Source: an uncultured Clostridia bacterium (lineage in GTDB: Bacteria; Bacillota; Clostridia; TANB77; CAG-508). Taken from it: a stretch of DNA of 32,000 bases. A program made the position numbers and the translations under genes. The notes under the pieces are model-generated. The model was not told where the DNA came from, ran no database searches, and saw only the letters and a program-made list of their open reading frames with translations. The DNA lies in assembly GCA_934121885.1 (NCBI GenBank), contig CAKOVH010000004.1, forward strand, positions 63,064 to 95,063, given 5' to 3'. This document shows positions 1 through 7,754 of the stretch, piece by piece (within the stretch, counting starts at the first letter, position 1; each line of letters starts with the position of its first letter).

Positions 1-346
1 CTCCTGGAAGTCCTATTACCCTTTTCATATATCTCTTTTTAAATGTATTAATTTCAAAATTAAACCTGTTATCATATTTTGCCATTACATTTGTTATATC
101 AAATTCTTCCTTTGATATATATAATTTACTAGGTTCATCCAAAACAATTATATCTCCCCTTTGTATATTTCTTCTATTTGAAACTATTTTCCATCTATTT
201 GTGTTTTTTATTTCCTTTGGTGAAATTGTTGGATACATTGACATTCCTGCTGTCGTTACAGGATATACAAAATAACTTGTAATTAATATGTATATTATAA
301 ATGCACTGGCAGTACTTATAAGAATTTTTAAAATAGTTTTTTTCAT
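1..346 (-). CDS. lepB: Signal peptidase I (S26 family), N-terminal part; C-terminus lies beyond the window start
   Basis: Minus-strand ATG at 344-346. My translation reads MKKTILKILISTASAFIIYILITSYFVYPVTTAGMSMYPTI...KRVIGLPG. It has an N-terminal TM anchor, the catalytic-Ser motif (G-x-S-M-x-P-T) and the KRVIGLPGE-type box typical of SPase I. Confidence 0.75.
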   Translation of the reverse strand, partial: MKKTILKILISTASAFIIYILITSYFVYPVTTAGMSMYPTISPKEIKNTNRWKIVSNRRNIQRGDIIVLDEPSKLYISKEEFDITNVMAKYDNRFNFEINTFKKRYMKRVIGLPG

Positions 347-462
347 ATATTTTCCTTATTATATTAATATTTTAATTTATTATATATATTATCTATTCAA
401 CATGCAACTATATTTATGGTTATAAAGTTACATTTAGTAACTATTGTTTTTCATCAAAAATA

Positions 463-491
463 TTGATACTTAACTCATATTGTTATATAAT
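463..491 (+). promoter_or_regulatory. Sigma-A-type promoter candidate for the ECF sigma operon
   Basis: TTGATA (463-468), 17-nt spacer, TATAAT (486-491). Confidence 0.45.
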
Positions 492-577
492 ACTAGTTGG
501 TAAAATAATACCATATATTTATAATAATGTAAAATTTAATATGAAGTCAGAGGTTTAGCCTCTTTATGGCTTATCTT

Positions 578-606
578 AAGACTTGCTTATGCCAAGTCTT
601 TTATTA
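578..606 (+). promoter_or_regulatory. Terminator-like hairpin in the 5' leader of the sigma-factor gene (possible attenuator)
   Basis: AAGACTTG (578-585) pairs with CAAGTCTT (593-600), followed by a T-rich tract. A second small hairpin AGAGG/CCTCT lies at 549-563. Both are upstream of the likely TTG start at 638. Confidence 0.3.
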
Positions 607-637
607 TAAATGTAAAATCTATGAAGGAGGTGGTTGT

Positions 638-1168
638 TTGGAGGATCTTGTGAAAAGAGCTAAAAAAGGTGACTCAGAAGCCTTTACAAATTTAATTCTT
701 AGTATAAGAAATGATTTGTATAAATTATCTAAAGCTAGACTGTCGAATGAAGATGACATTCAAGATGTAATACAAGAAACAATGATAGAAGCATATCAAA
801 AGCTTTATCAATTAAGAGATGTTTCAAAATTTAAGTTTTGGATAATTCGTATCTTAATTAATAATTGCAATAAAAAATATAATAAATCTAAAAAGGAAGA
901 TATTTTAAACGAACCATATGAAGAATCAAATTATCCAGTAAATTGCGATAATATGGATATTGTTGAAAACACGCTCGATTTTTATAAGTTAATTTCTCCA
1001 TTAGATTCTGATGAAAGACTCATTATAATACTTTACTATAATGAGAACTACACAACTAAAGAAATAAGCAAAATATTATCAATGAAAGAAAACACTGTAA
1101 AAAGTAAATTATTTAGAGCAAAAGATAAAATTAAAAATAATTGTAAAGGAGGTATAAAATATGGATAG
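638..1168 (+). CDS. ECF-type sigma-70 family RNA polymerase sigma factor
   Basis: Region 2 motifs (DIQDVIQETMIEAYQKL, FKFWIIRILIN) and a region 4 HTH (YTTKEISKILSMKENTVKSKLFRAKDKI). GGAGG at 626-630 precedes the in-frame TTG at 638. The ORF-track start at 566 would place leader hairpins inside the CDS. Confidence 0.85.
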   Translation: MEDLVKRAKKGDSEAFTNLILSIRNDLYKLSKARLSNEDDIQDVIQETMIEAYQKLYQLRDVSKFKFWIIRILINNCNKKYNKSKKEDILNEPYEESNYPVNCDNMDIVENTLDFYKLISPLDSDERLIIILYYNENYTTKEISKILSMKENTVKSKLFRAKDKIKNNCKGGIKYG

Positions 1169-2384
1169 TTTAGACCAATATATACAAGGCGTTGTTACCA
1201 AAGAAATTTATGAGCCTGAAAATTACATAAGAACAATACAAAATTCCCTTGATACAAATGATTGTCATCACAAATACTTTAATCTTTATAAAGTTGCAAT
1301 TATAGTAATATGCTTACTATGTACATCTGGTATAGCTTATGCTACATACAATTATGTAAAAAATAACTTTAACCGTAGAAAAGGTATAGAAACTGCAATT
1401 AATAACGGATATATTATGAATGTTGATGGTGAACCTATAACTTCAAATGATGTTAGTTTAAAGATAAATCAAATTCTACTTGATGATTATAACTTAGACA
1501 TTAGTTTTGGTCTTGAGTTTAAAAATATGGAAATACCTGATAATGTGCAAGCTGTTGAATTTGAAAATATTCTAATAGCTGATGAGAATAATAATATTCT
1601 TTATCATTTAGGAAGTAGAGATATTTTTGATAAATTTGTAAAATCAAATAATCTAAATGTAGAGTACAGAAAGTATTCTGATAATTATATTAATTCGAAT
1701 TCAAGTAATAAGTCTAATTGTACTAACTCAAATAATTATAATTTAGTGTATAATATTTCTGTAAATAATGGAACTTTTCCTAAAAGCAATTCATTACATA
1801 TCTATATAGAAAATGTCGTTCTACGTATGGAGAATGATAATAGTGTTATTAATGCTAATTGGAATTTAACCTCTTCTTTGTCATCATTTTTTCAAAATAG
1901 AGATACTGTAAATTATACTTATGTAAGTAATGAAGATAATGATATTATTAGTGTTACTGCAACCACATATACAACTGGTACTGACCTTAGACTTGAGATG
2001 AAGATACCGACTAGTGAAACAGAAATAGAAGACTTAAAAGAATTAATAAGAAATACAAAGAATTCTAAAAATTCTTATGATACTCAAAATACAGAGTATT
2101 ATAATGGAGATTATATTACCGAAAATGAAAGGTATATCTATACTGAAATTAAACGTATCTATAATTCTATTAGTAATATTTATATTAAAAATTCTAAAGG
2201 AGAAAAGTTCAACATTACCAACAATACAAATGCGAACGATAAAATCTATAGATCAATAGAAAAAGATTATATTTTATATACTTGTACATTTGATATGACT
2301 ATTTATAATTGTTCGGATAATATTTCATTGCATTTTGACTATAATAATGAGGAGTATATCTTACCATTATCTACATTAAATTAA
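1161..2384 (+). CDS. Putative anti-sigma factor: single-pass membrane protein with a large N/S-rich extracytoplasmic domain (DUF4179-like architecture)
   Basis: Overlaps the sigma gene by 8 nt, suggesting translational coupling. Short cytoplasmic N-terminus, one TM (YKVAIIVICLLCTSGIAYATY), then about 340 aa outside. Function is inferred from position and topology only. Confidence 0.5.
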   Translation: MDSLDQYIQGVVTKEIYEPENYIRTIQNSLDTNDCHHKYFNLYKVAIIVICLLCTSGIAYATYNYVKNNFNRRKGIETAINNGYIMNVDGEPITSNDVSLKINQILLDDYNLDISFGLEFKNMEIPDNVQAVEFENILIADENNNILYHLGSRDIFDKFVKSNNLNVEYRKYSDNYINSNSSNKSNCTNSNNYNLVYNISVNNGTFPKSNSLHIYIENVVLRMENDNSVINANWNLTSSLSSFFQNRDTVNYTYVSNEDNDIISVTATTYTTGTDLRLEMKIPTSETEIEDLKELIRNTKNSKNSYDTQNTEYYNGDYITENERYIYTEIKRIYNSISNIYIKNSKGEKFNITNNTNANDKIYRSIEKDYILYTCTFDMTIYNCSDNISLHFDYNNEEYILPLSTLN

Positions 2385-2397
2385 ATAATATATTAGC

Positions 2398-2430
2398 AAA
2401 AGACGTGTCTTTAATAGACACGCCTTTTTT
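2398..2430. terminator. Bidirectional rho-independent terminator between convergent genes
   Basis: AGACGTGTCT (2401-2410) pairs with AGACACGCCT (2416-2425), with an A-run before and TTTTTT after. Confidence 0.7.
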
Positions 2431-2454
2431 ACAAGAACAAATAAGCTTTATTTC

Positions 2455-2946
2455 TCATCCTAATGAATAATTTAAGGATATCTTTGCTTCTGTCGAAGGA
2501 GTCGAAGTATAATACGTATAAATCTGTATCTTCTGTCCCTTCGTGACATTCAAATCTATTATGTAATACTGGTGATTATATGACGAACCAGTTGTATAGT
2601 CCGTTGCAAGTACAGAGCCTGTGTAGGCATCACGTATCTGCACACAAATCTGCCAGTATTTACTGCTACTGCACTCCGCTGTACCAAATAGCGAAAAAGA
2701 TCCAGACGCCCCCATAGTCTTTACGGGTGTCATGTTGTTTCCTTCCAGGTAAAAATCTCCAATACAACCGGTTCCCGCATACAGCGTTTCCGTTCCCGCT
2801 CTTGCCACGGCATCAGTTGTTACATCAGCCGTAAGCGCTGCCGCCGTCGTTGTTTCTTCTGCATAGGACATGCCTGTAAGGCACATAGCTGAGAGCACCG
2901 CTAAAAGGATGCTCGCAAGTTTCCGCATGAACGATTTCATTTTCAT
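2455..2946 (-). CDS. Secreted hypothetical protein (signal peptide, about 135-aa beta-rich mature part) encoded on a GC-richer island
   Basis: AGGAGG lies 6 nt upstream of the ATG at 2946 (MKMKSFMRKLASILLAVLSAMCLTGMSYA|EE). Codons are G/C-ending, unlike all neighbours. I recognise no family motif. Confidence 0.7.
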   Translation of the reverse strand: MKMKSFMRKLASILLAVLSAMCLTGMSYAEETTTAAALTADVTTDAVARAGTETLYAGTGCIGDFYLEGNNMTPVKTMGASGSFSLFGTAECSSSKYWQICVQIRDAYTGSVLATDYTTGSSYNHQYYIIDLNVTKGQKIQIYTYYTSTPSTEAKISLNYSLG

Positions 2947-3009
2947 AGTAATCCTCCTCATTGTTTGTGGTTCATAGGGTTCCTTAGCTTATTTGACCTT
3001 GTATATCTA

Positions 3010-3035
3010 AAATTAGAGGTATTCACCTCTAATTT
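3010..3035. promoter_or_regulatory. Perfect 11-bp inverted repeat (operator or leader hairpin candidate) in a divergent intergenic region
   Basis: AAATTAGAGGT (3010-3020), ATTC loop, ACCTCTAATTT (3025-3035). Confidence 0.4.
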
Positions 3036-3180
3036 AAGACAAAGTATAAATAGAATATGGCTGTATTCTACTATTTTTTTCTATTTTTCGACACTAAGTT
3101 GTAGCAAGTTACAAAATTTTATTTTTTTGCAACTTTTTGCTATATCATTTGTATCTATATAAATGGAGGAGATGATACAA

Positions 3181-3927
3181 ATGTTAAATATATTAATAGC
3201 CGATAGTAATATAGATTACGCAATAAACTTAATGTCGCATATTAATTCATTATCAGATAATATAAGAGTAATCAATATTACTTTGGACGGAAAGGAAACA
3301 TTAAACTTTTTAAATGATGTAAATAATTCTGTAGATATTGTGTTGTTAGATTACAATACACCTATGTATAATGCAATGGAAATATTAGATAAAGTTTCTG
3401 AAAAACAACAAAATAAATATCAAAAATCTTTTATTATTACTTCTGATAATCCAAAAATTATAGAAAAGCTAAACTCTACTAACAATAACTTAATATATAC
3501 TTGTCTTTCTAGAGAATTAGATGTGTCTGAAATAGTTTCTTATATCAACGATGTAATTGTTTGTAAAAGACTTCAAGATAATGTTAATTCATTAAGACCA
3601 TCTATTCAAAGTGAACTACTTTACCTTGGATATGATTTCTCTCATAAAGGTACTCAATATTTATTAGACATTATTAACATGATATATTTGCGTGGAGAAT
3701 CTTTATTAGAAAATTTAAATAAACTTGTTTACCCAGTTATTGCTAGAAAATATCATCAATCTTGCAATAATATAAAGTGTAATGTTATCCGTTCAACTGA
3801 ATATATGTATTATAATTGTGACGAAAAGAAACTTTTAGAATATTTTTCATTTTGTGAACCCGCAAAACCAAATATGAAAACTGTTATTAATGCAGTCATC
3901 ACAAAAATTAATACTGCATCTGCATAA
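3181..3927 (+). CDS. Divergent Spo0A-like response regulator (receiver-like domain plus Spo0A C-terminal-type DNA-binding domain)
   Basis: N-terminus NILIADSN...DIVLLDYNTP is receiver-like. The C-terminus (SHKGTQYLLDIINMIY...LVYPVIARKY...AKPNMKTVINAVITKI) is colinear with Spo0A_C (HIKGYxYLREAI...LYPxIAKKY...KPTNSEFIA). GGAGGAG at 3165-3171 favours the ATG at 3181 over 3163. Confidence 0.7.
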   Translation: MLNILIADSNIDYAINLMSHINSLSDNIRVINITLDGKETLNFLNDVNNSVDIVLLDYNTPMYNAMEILDKVSEKQQNKYQKSFIITSDNPKIIEKLNSTNNNLIYTCLSRELDVSEIVSYINDVIVCKRLQDNVNSLRPSIQSELLYLGYDFSHKGTQYLLDIINMIYLRGESLLENLNKLVYPVIARKYHQSCNNIKCNVIRSTEYMYYNCDEKKLLEYFSFCEPAKPNMKTVINAVITKINTASA

Positions 3928-3955
3928 GTAATTGAATTAATTTACATACAAAAAA

Positions 3956-3988
3956 GGCTGTAGATTTAAATATCTACAGTCTTTTTTC
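3956..3988 (+). terminator. Rho-independent terminator after the Spo0A-like gene
   Basis: CTGTAGAT (3958-3965) pairs with ATCTACAG (3972-3979), followed by a T-run. An A-run upstream makes it potentially bidirectional. Confidence 0.7.
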
Positions 3989-4368
3989 TTAGAAATATTT
4001 GCTATTAGAATATTTCTAAAAGGAATGGAAATATATAATAGTTAAAAAATATAAATGATTTTTGTCGAATTTCATTATTACATCTGTAACTATTGTAGTT
4101 ATAAGTCGGTACCATATATTAAATTTATGATTTTATACTTAAGATTTTTCATTCCTTGATGTGATTTTCACATAACATTATTATAACATCTTTTTCTACA
4201 AATTTCTTTTATTTCGTTGTAACTTATTGTAACTGCTATTTTTCTTCAATTAATCTTCTCTTTTATCATACAAATATAACTTATATTCTTTTATTAAAAG
4301 TATTTCATTATATATAATTGAATTAAAAATATATAAAACTCACAAATTCTATAATTATAAACAATATT

Positions 4369-6327
4369 TTATTGTATAGTATTTGTTGTAGGTGTAGTAG
4401 GAGTTGTTGTTGCCGGTGTAGTTTCTGGTGTAGTAGGAGTTGTAGGAGTACTTGGTTCTGTAGGAGTTGTAGGCGTACTTGGTGTTGTTGGAGTAGATGG
4501 GGTTGCCACCTTCTTTTTTGTTCCTCTTCTAATAATTGTTTGCATTGCATCATATGTATCTCTTGAAAGTAATGTTTTAGATACAACTTTACCATTTAAT
4601 TTTAATATTCTGTATGCCTCACTTTGGCAACCATTATGTCCAGATTGCTCTACAACTTCTTTTCCCTCTTCTAATGAACTATCTTCTATATATTTTGTAG
4701 TATTCGGAATATATGATAATACTTTTGATTGTATAACAACCTCATATTCTGTTTCTTCCTTTATACCATATATACTTATTTTAGCCACACCACTTTTAGC
4801 TGATGCTACTATTTTTATAGGATATGTTCTTGTATTTTTAAATTTAAAGTCTAAACTTGGCCATGCAACTGTAGCATCTCTACTTGCTGCTACGTACCCT
4901 GTTTCGAATTGATGGTTACTTCTATCTACTATTTCTAAGTTTGCAAGTAGTGCTGTGTTATATAATGTAGAAGATATTTGGCAAATTCCCCCTCCTACTG
5001 ATTGTATAACTTTTCCACCTGCATATGCTCCTGCTTCCTTATATCCTGCTGCAATTGTTCTTTCTCCTACAACCTTGTTGTAGGAAAATGTTTCACCAGG
5101 CATTAAAACTGTTCCATTTACTTTTTTAGCTGCAATCGATAAATTGTTGCTTCTGTTATAATTACTTGCATCATATCTAGTTGTATATGTAGATATTAAA
5201 TCTGGGAAAGCTTCTTCTCCCAAATTTTTTATAGTCTTTTTTGGTATTGTTATTTTCAAAGGTATAGTATATTCTTCCTTGTCTTCTTCTATTAGCTTTT
5301 GTGCTTCTTCAATTGATATTTTAAAATCTACACCATTTACATGTGGATGAACTGTTGTAGGATTTTTTGATACATATGCATCTTGTGGTTCTTTGTAGAT
5401 TTCTTCTTTAATTTTATTTAAGTCTATAGCATCTGCTTCAACTGTTTCTACTGGAATTGTAACAATTTCATTTTTATTTAATATGTTTTCTAATTGTTTG
5501 AAAATGATTTCTTTTATTTCTGCTTCTTTTATTTTTAAACCAGCTTTGCCTTTTACTATTATTAAGTTTTCATCTTCTATATAATAGTTGCTTTGTTTAA
5601 CAGCTCCTGGTATTTTTGCAGATACATCTTGCAATTTACTGCTAAATAGTTTTTCATCATAATTAATCTGAATATCAATATTCTTTTTAAATAATTTAGC
5701 AAATAATATGCTATAATTATTTACTATAATATTTCCATCTCTTCCTATGTTATATGCTTGTGCAACTGCTTTTTCTACATCATAGCTTATATTAAACTGG
5801 TTACCATTTATAGATGTTTCAAATTCCTCATATTTTAAACTTATATCTTCTGATGCTTTATTCTCAGTTAATTCTTGTAATTTCTTTGTTGCTTCTTCTT
5901 TTCCGAATCCCGAAACATCAATCCCCATAATGCTTATTCCTGACATAATTTTGTCATTATTTATATTTAATAAAGCAAATATTACTGAAAATAAAAGAAT
6001 TATGCATATAAGTACTGTTGAAACTATAATTGGCACTATTTTCTTATTCTTTTTACCTTTAATGTATGTTGCACCTTCTTTAACATTTTCGATTGGCTGG
6101 GTTTCATAGTCTTCCTTTTCTTCTGTCTTATTTTCTTCTTTTACTATTTCTTCGTCTTTTACTTCATCATCTTTTATTTCATCATTTTTTAATTCTTCAT
6201 TTATTGTTTCTTGTTTTTCCTCGTTTAAATCGCTTTTATCTTCCTCTTTAATTTTCCCTATTTCTTCAGTAAACTCCTCTTGTTTTTTATCTTTTTGGTT
6301 TTTTACCTTTTTTTCTTTATCCCCCAT
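4369..6327 (-). CDS. VanW-family protein (YoaR-like): N-terminal acidic/K-rich region, TM anchor, VanW domain, G5 domain, C-terminal Pro/Thr-rich tail
   Basis: VanW core (GETFSYNKVVGERT...GGGICQISSTLYNTALLANLEIVDRSNH) and a G5-like segment (EEGKEVVEQSGHNGCQSEAYRILKLNGK...). TM is IVPIIVSTVLICIILLFSVIFALL. Confidence 0.85.
   Translation of the reverse strand: MGDKEKKVKNQKDKKQEEFTEEIGKIKEEDKSDLNEEKQETINEELKNDEIKDDEVKDEEIVKEENKTEEKEDYETQPIENVKEGATYIKGKKNKKIVPIIVSTVLICIILLFSVIFALLNINNDKIMSGISIMGIDVSGFGKEEATKKLQELTENKASEDISLKYEEFETSINGNQFNISYDVEKAVAQAYNIGRDGNIIVNNYSILFAKLFKKNIDIQINYDEKLFSSKLQDVSAKIPGAVKQSNYYIEDENLIIVKGKAGLKIKEAEIKEIIFKQLENILNKNEIVTIPVETVEADAIDLNKIKEEIYKEPQDAYVSKNPTTVHPHVNGVDFKISIEEAQKLIEEDKEEYTIPLKITIPKKTIKNLGEEAFPDLISTYTTRYDASNYNRSNNLSIAAKKVNGTVLMPGETFSYNKVVGERTIAAGYKEAGAYAGGKVIQSVGGGICQISSTLYNTALLANLEIVDRSNHQFETGYVAASRDATVAWPSLDFKFKNTRTYPIKIVASAKSGVAKISIYGIKEETEYEVVIQSKVLSYIPNTTKYIEDSSLEEGKEVVEQSGHNGCQSEAYRILKLNGKVVSKTLLSRDTYDAMQTIIRRGTKKKVATPSTPTTPSTPTTPTEPSTPTTPTTPETTPATTTPTTPTTNTIQ
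4372..4506 (-). repeat. Low-complexity coding repeats for a (T/S)P(T/S)TP tail
   Basis: The C-terminal about 45 aa read TPSTPTTPSTPTTPTEPSTPTTPTTPETTPATTTPTTPTT. The DNA shows reiterated GGTGTAGT/GGAGTTGT-type units. Confidence 0.6.
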
Positions 6328-6440
6328 ATTTTTCTCCTTTTATACATTGTATACTTTTGTATGAAATAATATTACCACAATTTAATTCGATTTACAATAT
6401 CATTTTTCGTTTGTTTTTTACAAAAAAATACTAATTATAC

Positions 6441-6469
6441 TAGACATTTATTTTATTTTTCGATATAAT
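6441..6469 (+). promoter_or_regulatory. Sigma-A-type promoter candidate for the XRE/S24 repressor gene
   Basis: TAGACA (6441-6446), 17-nt spacer, TATAAT (6464-6469). Confidence 0.5.
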
Positions 6470-6502
6470 GATGGAAAATATTGAAAAAGAGGTAGGTTGC
6501 GT

Positions 6503-7090
6503 ATGATCGGGGATATGATAGCAAGAATACGTAAAGAAAAAAAAGTGTCTAAAACTGACCTTGCAAAAGAGACAAATATAAATATTGGACATCTTACACA
6601 TATAGAAAAAGGGGAAAGAAATCCAAGTCATAAAGCTTTAAAGAGTATCTGTAAAGCTTTAGAAGTTCCTTATCAACCTTTAATGTATACATATGATAAA
6701 TATTTAACAGATGACCAAGAATACTACAAAGCTCCAAATCATATGGCATATAATAAAGTTTTAGCTGTTGACTCTATAAATTCTTTTATGGAATGTCCTG
6801 CTATTCTTCCAAGTGCTGCTCTTGCTGTGAAAATTCCTGACAACTCAATGGAGCCAAAGCTTGTAAAAGATGTATATGCATATGTAGAACTTAACTCTCC
6901 TCTTAATAATCGTGACATAGGTATTTTTGAATACGAAGGTAAAGTACTTATTAGAAGGTTTATTGTAAGAAGAGATAAACTGGTATTAAGACCTGAAAAT
7001 AAAGAATTCGAGGAAATATCACTTTCTTCAAGAGATGATTTTACAATCATAGGTAAAATTATTGGAACAAATGATGGACTTGTTTTATAA
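6503..7090 (+). CDS. XRE-family HTH transcriptional repressor with a C-terminal S24 (LexA/CI-like) peptidase-fold domain
   Basis: N-terminal HTH_3 (IRKEKKVSKTDLAKETNINIGHLTHIEKGERNPS). The C-terminus has DNSMEP (the GDSM-type Ser motif) and GKIIGT. The ATG at 6503 follows AGAGG. Confidence 0.8.
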   Translation: MIGDMIARIRKEKKVSKTDLAKETNINIGHLTHIEKGERNPSHKALKSICKALEVPYQPLMYTYDKYLTDDQEYYKAPNHMAYNKVLAVDSINSFMECPAILPSAALAVKIPDNSMEPKLVKDVYAYVELNSPLNNRDIGIFEYEGKVLIRRFIVRRDKLVLRPENKEFEEISLSSRDDFTIIGKIIGTNDGLVL

Positions 7091-7197
7091 TTTTTTACAT
7101 TTTTATGATGAATTTTGTAAAAAACTATTGAATATTTTTTTTATTAATAATATAATTTATATACTAAATTAAACAAGAGATAAACAAGGAGAAAAAA

Positions 7198-7662
7198 ATG
7201 GAATTAGTAAAAAATATTTTCTTTAACACAGATAAATTAGTAGAAAATACAAGTGTCAAAATTTCATATACAGGTAAACTTTTTCAAGATAATTGTGAAG
7301 AAGTTTATATTCATTATGGTTTTGGATTGAATTGGGATAATTTAAACGAAATAAAAATGCTTAAATCAGAACTTGGATACCAAGCAGAAATTGAATTAAT
7401 TTCTGGCGATACATTAAATTTCTGTTTTAGAGATGCTAATAATATTTGGGATAATAACAATGGAGCAAATTATATTTTCCCTATTGAAAAAGTAGAACTT
7501 GCATTAGTTGTACAAGAGCCAACTACAATTGCATCTCCTAGAAAACTTAGAAAAACTTATTTATGGAGTAAAAAAGTTAGACTTGCTGTTTATAAAATTA
7601 TTACTTATTTACCAAAAATTATTTCAGGAAATTATAAAAGAAAAATTAATACAGATGAATAA
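7198..7662 (+). CDS. Small protein with a CBM25/CBM53-like carbohydrate-binding signature and a basic C-terminal tail
   Basis: Good RBS (AAGGAGAAAAAA-ATG). The YIHYGFGLNWDN...FCFRDANNIWDNNNGANYIF pattern resembles starch-binding-module motifs (WDNNxGxNY). The family call is from memory only. Confidence 0.4.
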   Translation: MELVKNIFFNTDKLVENTSVKISYTGKLFQDNCEEVYIHYGFGLNWDNLNEIKMLKSELGYQAEIELISGDTLNFCFRDANNIWDNNNGANYIFPIEKVELALVVQEPTTIASPRKLRKTYLWSKKVRLAVYKIITYLPKIISGNYKRKINTDE

Positions 7663-7665
7663 AAG

Positions 7666-7692
7666 AGTTCTCTTAAAAAGAGAACTTTTTTA
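7666..7692 (+). terminator. Rho-independent terminator
   Basis: AGTTCTCTT (7666-7674) pairs with AAGAGAACT (7678-7686), followed by TTTTTT. Confidence 0.7.
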
Positions 7693-7754
7693 TTTGAATT
7701 ATATAATGTAGATTTTAATTTAGTCTCATATATTTAATAAATTAATTTTTTCTA

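Noticed and set aside
566-637. ORF-track N-terminal extension of the sigma factor (MAYLKTCLCQVFYYKCKIYEGGGC)
   Set aside because: It has no RBS, it spans the leader hairpins, and GGAGG immediately precedes the in-frame TTG at 638, where sigma-70 region 2 homology begins.
2077-2259. 60-aa internal ORF within the anti-sigma gene; likewise 6440-6631, 6739-7050, 7508-7711, 8725-8934 and 9538-9738
   Set aside because: They overlap better-supported genes or a promoter region, and have no RBS and no recognisable motifs.
2965-3162. 65-aa ORF upstream of the Spo0A-like gene
   Set aside because: TTG start without an RBS, low-complexity hydrophobic translation. It spans the inverted repeat and the promoter region of a divergent intergenic spacer.
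4323-4595. ORFs overlapping the VanW 3' end (4323-4595 minus, 4372-4566 plus) with Q/L- or C/R-rich repeats
   Set aside because: They are alternative-frame readings of the Pro/Thr-repeat DNA of the VanW gene and lack RBSs.
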